A DNA stretch of 64,000 nt from Patescibacteria group bacterium (GTDB lineage Bacteria; Patescibacteriota; Patescibacteriia; Magasanikbacterales; GWA2-37-8), in NCBI GenBank assembly GCA_022710645.1, contig JAKLGL010000001.1, forward strand, positions 100,152 through 164,151, in the 5' to 3' direction. The position numbers and the translations under genes were made by a program. The stretch's first letter is position 1. Each line of letters begins with the position of its first letter. The notes under the pieces were generated by a model. The model was not told the DNA's origin. It made no database searches and was given only the letters and a program-made list of their open reading frames with translations. Positions 48,119 to 57,253 of this stretch are shown here, piece after piece.

Positions 48119-49252
48119 ATGATGTCTTGTCTCCCTTTTTCTCCAAATCTATTACAACAAGCCCTGCTTTATATCATTGCTGCGGCCACCGGAGCTTTTT
48201 TATTGGCACCTATATTGGTGCGTTTACTTTTAAAAATGCAAATCACTCGCCGAGGAGAATTTGATTTCACTTTACGGGGAGGTGAAAGAATATTAAAAAT
48301 CGGTACACCTATCATGGGAGGATTATTGGTTATCGCAATAGTTACAGTAGTCACTTTACTATTTAACTGGGAGCGAAAATACACTTACGTTCCGATAGGT
48401 GTGATGGGAATTTCGGCTTTTTTGGGCGCAGCGGACGACCTATTGAATATATTCGGTAAAAAAAGACGCAGTCGAACTTTACCTATGACCCTAACACTGA
48501 TAAAAGTTCATAAAAAATGGTATATGCGCTTATGGTATATTCTGACTTTACCTTGGGTATTTTTTGAACGTAGTACGGCCGCCTTGGGATCTCATCCGGG
48601 TAAAGGCGTTTTAGTTCACGAAAAACTTCTTTTACAATTTTTGGCCGGAGCTATTACCGCTTGGTGGATTTATTTTAAACTTGGAGCGCAATGGCAAACT
48701 CTTTGGATACCTTTTGACGGCATCATTTCTTTGGGCTGGTGGATAATACCGCTTGTTATATTATTGGTTATGTTCACCGCCAACGCCGTCAATATTGCCG
48801 ACGGTTTAGACGGTTTAGCCGGAGGTTCCCTGTTGATCACTTTTGCCGGTTTAACCGTCATTTCTTGGATAGAAGGACGAGCGGCTTTCACTTTACTCAA
48901 CGCAACCGTAGTCGGAGCTTTGATATCTTATACTTATTTCAATGTCAAGCCGGCTCGCTTTCAGATGGGTGATGTGGGTACATTAGGTCTGGGAGCTCTT
49001 TTAGCTATAAACGTTATTGCTATAAACAAAACCGTTCTTTTACCTGTTTTGGGTTTTATTTTTTACATTGAAGCCATTTCCGTTATTTTACAAGTTTTCT
49101 TTCGCAGGTTTTTGGGAAAAAGATTACTCAAAATGTCTCCTCTTCACCATCATTTTGAATTTAAAGGATGGAGCGAAGAACGTATTGTAATGCGTTTTTG
49201 GCTTATTCATTTATTTTTTGTTATTGTCGCTATTTGGTTAGCTATGAACTAA
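48119..49252 (+). CDS. mraY: Phospho-N-acetylmuramoyl-pentapeptide transferase
   Basis: NAVNIADGLDGLAGG, HHHFE; a polytopic protein of 377 aa. Confidence 0.9.
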   Translation: MMSCLPFSPNLLQQALLYIIAAATGAFLLAPILVRLLLKMQITRRGEFDFTLRGGERILKIGTPIMGGLLVIAIVTVVTLLFNWERKYTYVPIGVMGISAFLGAADDLLNIFGKKRRSRTLPMTLTLIKVHKKWYMRLWYILTLPWVFFERSTAALGSHPGKGVLVHEKLLLQFLAGAITAWWIYFKLGAQWQTLWIPFDGIISLGWWIIPLVILLVMFTANAVNIADGLDGLAGGSLLITFAGLTVISWIEGRAAFTLLNATVVGALISYTYFNVKPARFQMGDVGTLGLGALLAINVIAINKTVLLPVLGFIFYIEAISVILQVFFRRFLGKRLLKMSPLHHHFEFKGWSEERIVMRFWLIHLFFVIVAIWLAMN

Positions 49253-49253
49253 T

Positions 49254-49907
49254 ATGAAAGAATATCTTTCTTGGCAAGAAAAAACAATTTCCGATTTTTC
49301 ACCTGAAAATATTTCCGCGCTTTATGGTGACGGTTTTGTTTTTACTCGCACAGGAAAAGGTGTATTAAATCAAACTCGCAGTGTCCGTATAAACTTATCT
49401 AAATTTGAACTTAATAGTGAAAATAAGAGAATAATGCGAAAAACCGAAGATATAAAATTTGATACCATCTCACTTCCCCACTCTGATTACGATTGGCATA
49501 TACACAAACTTGGCGTGGATTTTTATACCAAAAAATTCGGTGAAAAAACTTTTTCCGCCAATAAAATAAAAGAGCTTTTGACAAGCAAAGAAAGTAATTT
49601 TAATTTGTTGTTGGAATATAAATACAATAATATTGCCGTTGGCTATTGTATTTGCTATCAAGATAAAAACATCTTGCATTACGCCTATCCGTTTTATGAT
49701 TTGGAAACTGAAATAAACAATTTGGGCATAGGCATGATGACCAAAGCGATTGTATGGGCCAAAGAAAAAGGTTTGGAATATATTTATTTGGGAAGCGCAA
49801 AAGATTCCAAAGCGTTGTATAAATTTCAATTTGAAGGAGTAGAATGGTTTGATGGAAAAACCTGGAAACAAAATACGGACGAACTAAAAAATATTTTACA
49901 GCGATAA
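49254..49907 (+). CDS. ATE/Bpt-family aminoacyl-tRNA-dependent transferase-like protein (GNAT fold)
   Basis: C-terminal region (GIGMMTKAIVWAKEKGLEYIYLGSAKDSKALYKFQFEGVEW) resembles the ATE_C/Bpt signature. Wedged between mraY and murC. Confidence 0.45.
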   Translation: MKEYLSWQEKTISDFSPENISALYGDGFVFTRTGKGVLNQTRSVRINLSKFELNSENKRIMRKTEDIKFDTISLPHSDYDWHIHKLGVDFYTKKFGEKTFSANKIKELLTSKESNFNLLLEYKYNNIAVGYCICYQDKNILHYAYPFYDLETEINNLGIGMMTKAIVWAKEKGLEYIYLGSAKDSKALYKFQFEGVEWFDGKTWKQNTDELKNILQR

Positions 49908-49931
49908 TCTTTCAATCTTTTAAATTTTTAA

Positions 49932-51311
49932 ATGGTTATGTCACATATTCACTTTATCGGTATTTGCGGAGTGGGGATGAGTTCGCTCGCTATACTCTGG
50001 AAAAACAAAGGCTGGAAAGTCACCGGTTCCGACGTTGGATTTTATCCGCCGGTTTCCACGCATCTCGAAGAGCATAAAATAGATTTTTATCCCGGTTGGC
50101 ATCCCGAAAAAATGGGCACGCCTGATTTGGTAGTTGTCGGTAACGTGGCCGGCAGTGAAAATTCGGAATGGCAAAAGGTGCAAAATGAAAAAATCCCTTT
50201 TGTTTCTTATCCGGAACTTATCGCCAAAAATCTTATCAAAAAAACTTCTGTTGTTTGCGCCGGAACTTATGGTAAAACCAGTACTACCGCTTTGCTTTCT
50301 TTCATACTCAAAGACGCCGGATTCAAACCGACTTACATGTTTGGCGGCCTTTCCGATTCACTCGGAATCAGTGCCGATGAACCGGAAGGAAGTGAAATCA
50401 GTATAGTCGAAGGAGATGAATATAAAACCGCACGTTGGGATAATAAAGCAAAATTTTTTTCATACGCGCCAACCCATTTGCTTTTGACCGATGCCATTTG
50501 GGATCATCTGGATGTTTATCCAACCGAACAAAGTTATTTTGAAGCTTTCAATAAACTCGTCGCCAGCATTCCGCCAGGCGGGCTTATTTTGATTTCCGAA
50601 AAAATAAAAAATAAACCAATCAAAATTCCTTTTTGCAAAATCTACGGACAAGATAACGCTTGCGACTATATTTACAATAATATAACCCAAAACAAAGATG
50701 GTCTTCATTTTGAGATAACTCATGAAAAAAACACTTATCCGATAGATTCTCCGATGATCGGGATATACATGGCGGAAAATATTTGCGCCGCCTTCGCTAT
50801 GGCAAATGAACTCGGAGTTCCGACAAAAAAAATCATTTCTGCCGTTTCCAAATTTAACGGTATTAAAAGACGTTTAGAAAAAAGAGGGACAACCCCAAGA
50901 GGCGGTATAGTTTATGACGATATCGCTCACTCCCCGACCAAAGCCAAATCCATACTATCAACTCTGAAAGAAATCTATTCGGGAAAAATTTACGCGGTTT
51001 TTGAACCAAATTCAGGCAATAGACAAATAGATGCCATACCTCTTTATAAAGAAGCTTTCAAAGACGCCAATGAAGTAATAATTCCCCGTTTAACCAAAAT
51101 AAAAATCAAAGAGGGAGAGGAAGAACAAGTTATGGAAGGAAATCAATTAAAAGAAGTTATTTCAAAAACTCATTCTAACACCATTTATATGGAGGATGAT
51201 GCGGAATTGGTAAATTATTTAAAACAAAAAACCATCGCTAACGATGCGATAGTTTTTTTGGGAAGTCACGGTTTCCGCGGAATGATAGATTCATTAGTCA
51301 AAAGTCCATAA
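49932..51311 (+). CDS. UDP-N-acetylmuramate--L-alanine ligase (MurC/Mpl family)
   Basis: HFIGICGVGMSSLA, GTYGKTSTTALLS (P-loop), and Mur ligase middle and C-terminal domains. MurC versus Mpl cannot be distinguished. Confidence 0.8.
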   Translation: MVMSHIHFIGICGVGMSSLAILWKNKGWKVTGSDVGFYPPVSTHLEEHKIDFYPGWHPEKMGTPDLVVVGNVAGSENSEWQKVQNEKIPFVSYPELIAKNLIKKTSVVCAGTYGKTSTTALLSFILKDAGFKPTYMFGGLSDSLGISADEPEGSEISIVEGDEYKTARWDNKAKFFSYAPTHLLLTDAIWDHLDVYPTEQSYFEAFNKLVASIPPGGLILISEKIKNKPIKIPFCKIYGQDNACDYIYNNITQNKDGLHFEITHEKNTYPIDSPMIGIYMAENICAAFAMANELGVPTKKIISAVSKFNGIKRRLEKRGTTPRGGIVYDDIAHSPTKAKSILSTLKEIYSGKIYAVFEPNSGNRQIDAIPLYKEAFKDANEVIIPRLTKIKIKEGEEEQVMEGNQLKEVISKTHSNTIYMEDDAELVNYLKQKTIANDAIVFLGSHGFRGMIDSLVKSP

Positions 51312-51348
51312 TGTCTATCAAGTCCTTAAAGTCATTTTACTTTATTCC

Positions 51349-51384
51349 TTTACGGACCTTACAGACTTTACAGACTTTACGGGC
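51349..51384. repeat. Short tandem repeat TTTACRGRC, about 4 copies
   Basis: ctttacggaccttacagactttacagactttacgggc. Confidence 0.4.
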
Positions 51385-51389
51385 TGTCA

Positions 51390-51554
51390 TTATTTCCCTT
51401 CATCAACCACCTCGGCTTCGATTTTTCCTTCGGAAATGGATTTTACTTGCAAAGTAATGCCGCAAACATCACATTCGACGATATGACCGATATCCAAATT
51501 CGGATAGGAAGAAAGATTGACTTCGTTTTTGCACTCCGGACAAATTAATATCAT
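51390..51554 (-). CDS. LysW-like zinc-ribbon protein
   Basis: MILICPECKNEV...VECDVCGITLQV...EAEVVDEGK: two CxxC pairs and an acidic C-terminal tail, as in LysW/ArgW amino-group carrier proteins. Start set at the internal ATG. Confidence 0.45.
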   Translation of the reverse strand: MILICPECKNEVNLSSYPNLDIGHIVECDVCGITLQVKSISEGKIEAEVVDEGK

Positions 51555-51622
51555 ATTGTATTTCAATAAATAAATTACAAACTGGAACAATTATAACAGA
51601 TTTTATATAATTTTGCAAGCTT

Positions 51623-52537
51623 ATGATCACCCCTTTGGTAAATGCCGAAAATTTAGCCAAAAAACTAAATATTCCGGCTCTATATTTCAAACGCGAAGAT
51701 CTACACCCTTACGGTTCTCACAAAGGAAGATCTATCCCGAAAATGATAGAAAAATACGCTTTGGAAGGATGGAATGACTTTGTCATTTCTTCTTCAGGCA
51801 ACGCTGCGCTGGCGGCTTCTTTGTATATCAAAGAATATAATCTGCAAAATCCGCAAAATAAACTTCGCCTTAAAATATACATCGGTTACGGTATTGATAA
51901 AGAAAAAATGACAAAATTGTTGCAATTGGCAAAAACGGGAATTGCGGAAAAAATAAAAAATTTTTTCTTATTTCAAAAACCGGAAATAAAAATTCATCAA
52001 ACTTCAAATCCCAAACAAAACGCTTTTCTTTGTGAAAAATCCGGCAAAGGAAAAAACCTAAGACAATCAACCGACGATAACGCATTGCTCGGTTACGCGG
52101 ACTTGGCTCATGAATTGGCGGTAATAAAAAATCTTTCCGCTATTTTTATTCCCACCAGTTCGGGCACGACGGCGCAAGGAATATTTGAAGAATTCAACAA
52201 ACTAAAATCAAACCCGAAAATATATGTCGTGCAAACTACGGCTTGCCATGCTTTTTCCGATCAAATTATTTCAGACGAACCTTCTTTTGCCAAAGCCATA
52301 GTAGATAAAACGGCCAAAAGAAAAACGCAAATCACGGAATTGTTACGTCTATCCGGCGGCAAAGCTTTGATAATAAACAACAGTGAATTGTTGGAAGCGG
52401 AAAAAACTTATCATTCTCATTTTCCAAACGAAAAACCTTCTTATAATTCCCTACTCTCTTTGGCCGGTTTACAACAAGAATTGAAAAATGGCGCTATTTT
52501 CCCCGGCGCCGTAGTTTGCCTTTTTACCGGTAAATAA
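51623..52537 (+). CDS. Pyridoxal-phosphate-dependent enzyme, fold type II (TrpB/CysK/threonine-dehydratase superfamily), divergent
   Basis: HPYGSHKGRS (variant of the SFKDRG Lys motif), SSSGNAALAASL, and a Gly-rich loop PTSSGTTAQG. Confidence 0.5.
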   Translation: MITPLVNAENLAKKLNIPALYFKREDLHPYGSHKGRSIPKMIEKYALEGWNDFVISSSGNAALAASLYIKEYNLQNPQNKLRLKIYIGYGIDKEKMTKLLQLAKTGIAEKIKNFFLFQKPEIKIHQTSNPKQNAFLCEKSGKGKNLRQSTDDNALLGYADLAHELAVIKNLSAIFIPTSSGTTAQGIFEEFNKLKSNPKIYVVQTTACHAFSDQIISDEPSFAKAIVDKTAKRKTQITELLRLSGGKALIINNSELLEAEKTYHSHFPNEKPSYNSLLSLAGLQQELKNGAIFPGAVVCLFTGK

Positions 52538-52606
52538 ATATTATCAAAATCAAAAAAACACAAAAAAAACCGCCGATTAAAGGCGGATTTTTTATAAAAT
52601 AATTTA

Positions 52607-54592
52607 TTATAAATTGGTTACGGTAATTTCTTTCAATTTATCAAAATTTACATCCACAGAAAAAATCGCCGCGCCTTTACCAGAGGCGTTTTCTCCAACA
52701 ATTATTTCGTTTATCTTTTTTCCCGTTCCGGAAAAAACAAAGGCATTGATTTTTTTTCCTTTGGCGGGGACAGCCAAAATTTCTTCTTTCAAATCACCGT
52801 TAACATCCCCGGCGGAAATATTCACACCACTGGCATCTTTGACGGTAAACGGATAAAACCTTTTACTGATTTTGGTAAAATTTTGATTGAAAATTATCAC
52901 TTCGCTTTTTCCGGCATTGATTGTTCCCAAAATATTTTCACCGGAGCCGTTACCGTCAATATCGCCGATAGCTACGGAAAATCCCCCTTTATAAGTTTTA
53001 CCCAGCGGAAAAAAAGGTTTGATAAGTGTTTCTCCTTTATAATTCAAAACCGCGACTTGATTGGAAGTATCTCCGCCGATGATAATTTGTTTTTCTTTAC
53101 CCGGATAAATATTGCCGACGAAAAAATTCAAATTACCGCGGAACGTGGTGCCAAAAGGAAAATCATTATAAATTCTTTCTCCTTTTCCGTTGTAAACTTC
53201 CAATTTATTGAGATAAGCGGTGATTTTTTCTTCTTTATCATCACCATCAATATCGCCGCGATAAATTTTGACACCCCCGCGAAAATCCTTGTCATAAACA
53301 AAAAAACCATTACGAGATTTTTTACCTTCATAACTGAAAAATTTTACAAAATTACCATTGATAAAAACCGTTTCTTTCAACTCTTGAAAGGTTTTCAAAA
53401 GCAAAATCGCATTCAAAGCTCCCAAACGCAAACGACTGACAACATTTCCATCATTAACCGCAACATCTTGTTTGCCGGAAATTTTTTCATATTCCGCACC
53501 TAAATCTACTTCATAAGTTTTTTTCGTGGTGTTTATCAAAGCAATACCGTTGGTATAATCGCGACGCCAAACATCGTCCAAATATTTGGTTTTTCCGCCT
53601 ATAGCGTAAGGTTCATTTTGCGGCTCGCCCAATTTGATATCGTATTCATCATACCACCATATTTGTCCATGATTTTCCGTACCATGATCAAAACTATAAA
53701 AAACATTGTTTATCAATAAACTACTGGCTAAACCGAAACGAAACCGGCGATAGTTGGCGGCATTTCCCGTATTTTTGGAGGTTCCGTTGAAAACATAAAT
53801 TTGGGGTTTCAAATTAAATGTTTTGTTTTTTTCCAAACCTTTCATTATCGCGTTCCAAGTTCCGCCAAGTTCCCAAGGAGTCGGAAAATCTTCATACATG
53901 CGTCCGTTGATTTGCGACTGATAATCTTTATTGGAACTGCCGTTGATGACAATATATTTTGAACCCAATTCTTGACGACTTTTTCGCAAAAAATAAGCCA
54001 CGCGACGATTCCATTCTTCGTTGGCAAACTTCGCCGCATCTTTCACGCCGTCTCTGTTCAAATCTATATCTCCGCCGTTGTGAGAAGAAATTCCATCGTC
54101 CACCATATCCCAAAAAACCCCATCCCAATCTCCGGTGCTCAAAACATTATTTTTTACAAAACTTATCAAAGCATCGCTCCAACCTTCGCTCATGTCCGTA
54201 TTTCTGATACCGGTCCAGGTTGAAACTATGTTTCCGCGACTATCTCTCAGCCACCAAGCGTCGTTTACCGATAAATTTTTGAAAACCGCATCTTGCGGCC
54301 AATATTGATAATTGTAACTTTGACTCGGAACATACGCCAACAAAATGATAGACGGATTTATTTTTTTTATTTTATCCAAAACATCTTTTCTGGTCACGTA
54401 TTGGTCCGGACTCAATATCAACAGATTAAACCTGGCCATTTTATTTACCGAATCTTCATCCATCGGCAACGGACCTAAATAATAATTGGCTATTTGTGGA
54501 GATGCGGCGCAAACTTTCGCAATATCAAAAAATCCCGCGCTTAAAAAAGCGAAAGAAAAAAACAGAAATATTTTGATAAAACGACCGGACAT
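52607..54592 (-). CDS. Secreted protein with an N-terminal glycoside-hydrolase-like domain and C-terminal FG-GAP-type repeats
   Basis: Signal peptide, and repeated GDIDGDDKEE / GDIDGNGSGEN / GDVNGDLKEE calcium-binding FG-GAP-like loops. Confidence 0.5.
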   Translation of the reverse strand: MSGRFIKIFLFFSFAFLSAGFFDIAKVCAASPQIANYYLGPLPMDEDSVNKMARFNLLILSPDQYVTRKDVLDKIKKINPSIILLAYVPSQSYNYQYWPQDAVFKNLSVNDAWWLRDSRGNIVSTWTGIRNTDMSEGWSDALISFVKNNVLSTGDWDGVFWDMVDDGISSHNGGDIDLNRDGVKDAAKFANEEWNRRVAYFLRKSRQELGSKYIVINGSSNKDYQSQINGRMYEDFPTPWELGGTWNAIMKGLEKNKTFNLKPQIYVFNGTSKNTGNAANYRRFRFGLASSLLINNVFYSFDHGTENHGQIWWYDEYDIKLGEPQNEPYAIGGKTKYLDDVWRRDYTNGIALINTTKKTYEVDLGAEYEKISGKQDVAVNDGNVVSRLRLGALNAILLLKTFQELKETVFINGNFVKFFSYEGKKSRNGFFVYDKDFRGGVKIYRGDIDGDDKEEKITAYLNKLEVYNGKGERIYNDFPFGTTFRGNLNFFVGNIYPGKEKQIIIGGDTSNQVAVLNYKGETLIKPFFPLGKTYKGGFSVAIGDIDGNGSGENILGTINAGKSEVIIFNQNFTKISKRFYPFTVKDASGVNISAGDVNGDLKEEILAVPAKGKKINAFVFSGTGKKINEIIVGENASGKGAAIFSVDVNFDKLKEITVTNL

Positions 54593-54595
54593 AAT

Positions 54596-55594
54596 TTACT
54601 TTATTTTAAAACCGAAAATTTTATTTTTCAAAATCCAAAAAATCACTTTCAACGGATGTTTTCTAATGGCCGTACGTGCCGTGCAAATCATCCAAACCGG
54701 TATTTTCAAAGCATCTATATTTTCTCTTTTTTCATCCGCTTGTTTAGAGCACCAAAAATCGGTCAATTTATCAAGTTCGTTGATATTAGTCATCGGTACA
54801 TTATGAACCACAGATGGATATACCGTTCCATTGGGATCCAAAAAGAAAAAGTCGCGTCCCGGAGCATTATCCAAAACCGGAGTTTTGGAAGTTATGAAAT
54901 TGTACATTCCATGCGCGAAAAAAGCGCGCAACCATTTTTTGACATTCCAAGATTTTAATTCGGAATTTATCAAATATTCATATTCTTTTTTGAGCAAATC
55001 CGCTCGCGGATGAACTTCATTTTGTTTACCGCCAAAATAAAAATCAGATGATTGGGCAAAACTATGAGTAAATTCTATTCCCAATTTTTTGGTCAAATCG
55101 TAAACTTTTTCCATTTGATTGATATTTTTTTCCATAACCGTAAAACCGAGACGCAGATTGGTCATTCCGAGTTTTTTCAATTCCGATACCGTAGCCATGG
55201 CTTTTTGAAAACCGCCGGGTATCCCCCGCATTTCATCGTGTGTTGTTTCCAAACCGTCTATGGAAATCGCCACTCCGATATCAGGTTTTATTTTCAAAAT
55301 TTCTTTCATTTGTTTTACTATCAACTCGGTGGCGAAACCGTTGCTGGAAATTACCATTCTGGCTTTCGGACAACGACGATTCAAAATTTTGACAATCTCC
55401 GGCAAATCGCTTCGCAAAAACGGCTCTCCTCCGGAGAGATTTATATCCCGCAAAGAACTTGGTAATTTTTCAAATTGTTCCAAGGTCAATTCCGGATAAT
55501 CTTTGATTTTCCAAATATCGCACATCACGCAACGAGAATTGCAACGATATGTCAATCCAAGCACGCAATCAATTGGTAATTTACATTTTTTCAT
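54596..55594 (-). CDS. Radical SAM protein
   Basis: CNSRCVMC (CxxxCxxC) cluster near the N-terminus. Start set at the internal ATG (MKKCKLP...) to avoid a 56-nt overlap. Confidence 0.65.
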   Translation of the reverse strand: MKKCKLPIDCVLGLTYRCNSRCVMCDIWKIKDYPELTLEQFEKLPSSLRDINLSGGEPFLRSDLPEIVKILNRRCPKARMVISSNGFATELIVKQMKEILKIKPDIGVAISIDGLETTHDEMRGIPGGFQKAMATVSELKKLGMTNLRLGFTVMEKNINQMEKVYDLTKKLGIEFTHSFAQSSDFYFGGKQNEVHPRADLLKKEYEYLINSELKSWNVKKWLRAFFAHGMYNFITSKTPVLDNAPGRDFFFLDPNGTVYPSVVHNVPMTNINELDKLTDFWCSKQADEKRENIDALKIPVWMICTARTAIRKHPLKVIFWILKNKIFGFKIK

Positions 55595-55598
55595 ATGA

Positions 55599-57098
55599 TT
55601 AAAATAATTTTTTCCAAATTTTTGGAGTATAATTTGTGTCTTTGAGATAAACATTCATCAAAATACCGGCCATCAACCAAAAATAAAACATTAACGCGCG
55701 AAATTCAAAATAAGGACCGAAAAATCCGATCACGACTATGGCCGGAGAAAGCGCGCAAAAACCCAAACCGAGAGTTTGCGCGAAACCGTCGGAACCTCTT
55801 TTGTACAAAATATATCCCGCTCTGAAAATAACAATAAAAAAAGCCAACCAACAAATCAAACCCAGAGTCCCGGATTCTCCCCAAATACTGAACCAACTAT
55901 TGTCTATCTGCCCATAAATATTGGAAATACCAAAAGGCAAACTTAAACGATCGTAAAAATTATAATTCAACATAGCCGAAGCCACACCGCCGCCGTAATT
56001 CCCGAGACCGACACCAAACAAAGGATAATTTGCCACCACTTTCAGCGGAGTATTGATGATAAAAAATATACGACCGTATCCTTCGTAACTGTTTTGCCAA
56101 CTGCGCCAAGAAAAAGCTTCAAATACTCTTTCTTGAAAAGACATATTGGTTTTTTCCGTAATCTGAAAAGCGTTTTCCGTAATCGCGATAAAACCGAAAA
56201 AATAAATTATTACCATGACAAAAGAAGCCGCAAAAAAAGACCAGATACGACGATCTTTGACTACCAAAACTCCGGCGACAAAAATCCCGGCTGCCGCTCC
56301 TATCCAACTGGCGCGAGAAGAAGTCAAAAGTAAACCCACGCCGGCGGTAATCATAAAAAAATAATACCAAAAATCCCGATTAATATTTTTCAATTTATAA
56401 ATCAGAGGAAAAGTCATCGCCAAACCGAAAGCCAAAAAACTTCCCAGACGATCATAACGTCCCATAGTGGCAAAAACGCGTTTACCCGGAGCCCAAAATT
56501 GTTCTATTTCTCCGAGCATCGCTCCTCCGCCAAGATTAACCGATTGTGAAAAAAACAGATATTTATCCAAAAATCCGCCGGAAAGATATTGTATGACTCC
56601 GAGCAAGGCTTCCAAAAATACCATAGCCATAACAAGACGAAATATTTTTTTCATCGTAGCGCGATCGAAATTCTCAAACAACACCAAATAATAAACGGCT
56701 ACGAAACGTAAAACTTGACGCAATCCCAAAACAAAAATCAAAGGTCTGTATTGGTTAATAAAAAAAGATATTAACGTGATGACCAAAAATAAACCGAGCC
56801 AAATATTAAGCGGATTGGCCGGAAACAATTTTTTTTCTTTGAAAAAATAACGAACCCAACTCAGAAAAAAAGCCAAATATAAAACAACTTCGGGAAAATA
56901 TTTTACAAGAGAATAATAATTTATAGGAGTAAATCGCAGCACTACGCTTTCAAAAGGAAACCATAAAAGTAAAATTACCAACAAATATTCCATTTTCTCG
57001 GCGCGTAACAATAAAACCACAGCCAAGATCAAAATCAGACCGGCTAAAAACATACTGAAAAAATTGGCTGGCAAATATGCCAAAATCAAACTCATCAT
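55599..57098 (-). CDS. O-antigen ligase/polymerase-like polytopic membrane protein
   Basis: About 12 TM helices with a Wzy_C-like periplasmic loop region; 499 aa. Confidence 0.55.
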   Translation of the reverse strand: MMSLILAYLPANFFSMFLAGLILILAVVLLLRAEKMEYLLVILLLWFPFESVVLRFTPINYYSLVKYFPEVVLYLAFFLSWVRYFFKEKKLFPANPLNIWLGLFLVITLISFFINQYRPLIFVLGLRQVLRFVAVYYLVLFENFDRATMKKIFRLVMAMVFLEALLGVIQYLSGGFLDKYLFFSQSVNLGGGAMLGEIEQFWAPGKRVFATMGRYDRLGSFLAFGLAMTFPLIYKLKNINRDFWYYFFMITAGVGLLLTSSRASWIGAAAGIFVAGVLVVKDRRIWSFFAASFVMVIIYFFGFIAITENAFQITEKTNMSFQERVFEAFSWRSWQNSYEGYGRIFFIINTPLKVVANYPLFGVGLGNYGGGVASAMLNYNFYDRLSLPFGISNIYGQIDNSWFSIWGESGTLGLICWLAFFIVIFRAGYILYKRGSDGFAQTLGLGFCALSPAIVVIGFFGPYFEFRALMFYFWLMAGILMNVYLKDTNYTPKIWKKLF

Positions 57099-57204
57099 AT
57101 AAATTTTAAATGGTTTTTACCGTTTAAATATATCAAATTTTAATCTTTTGGTCAAAACAAATTTCCTTTTTAAATAGGCAAAATTTTTGTCTTTTTAAAA
57201 AGAA

Positions 57205-57229
57205 AGGTGAGGTTTTTTAGGCCTCACCT
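57205..57229 (-). terminator. Intrinsic terminator of cassette d
   Basis: Minus strand: AGGTGAGGcctaaaaaaCCTCACCTttcttttt. Confidence 0.6.
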
Positions 57230-57253
57230 ATGAGAAGAACTTGAGAAAGAATA

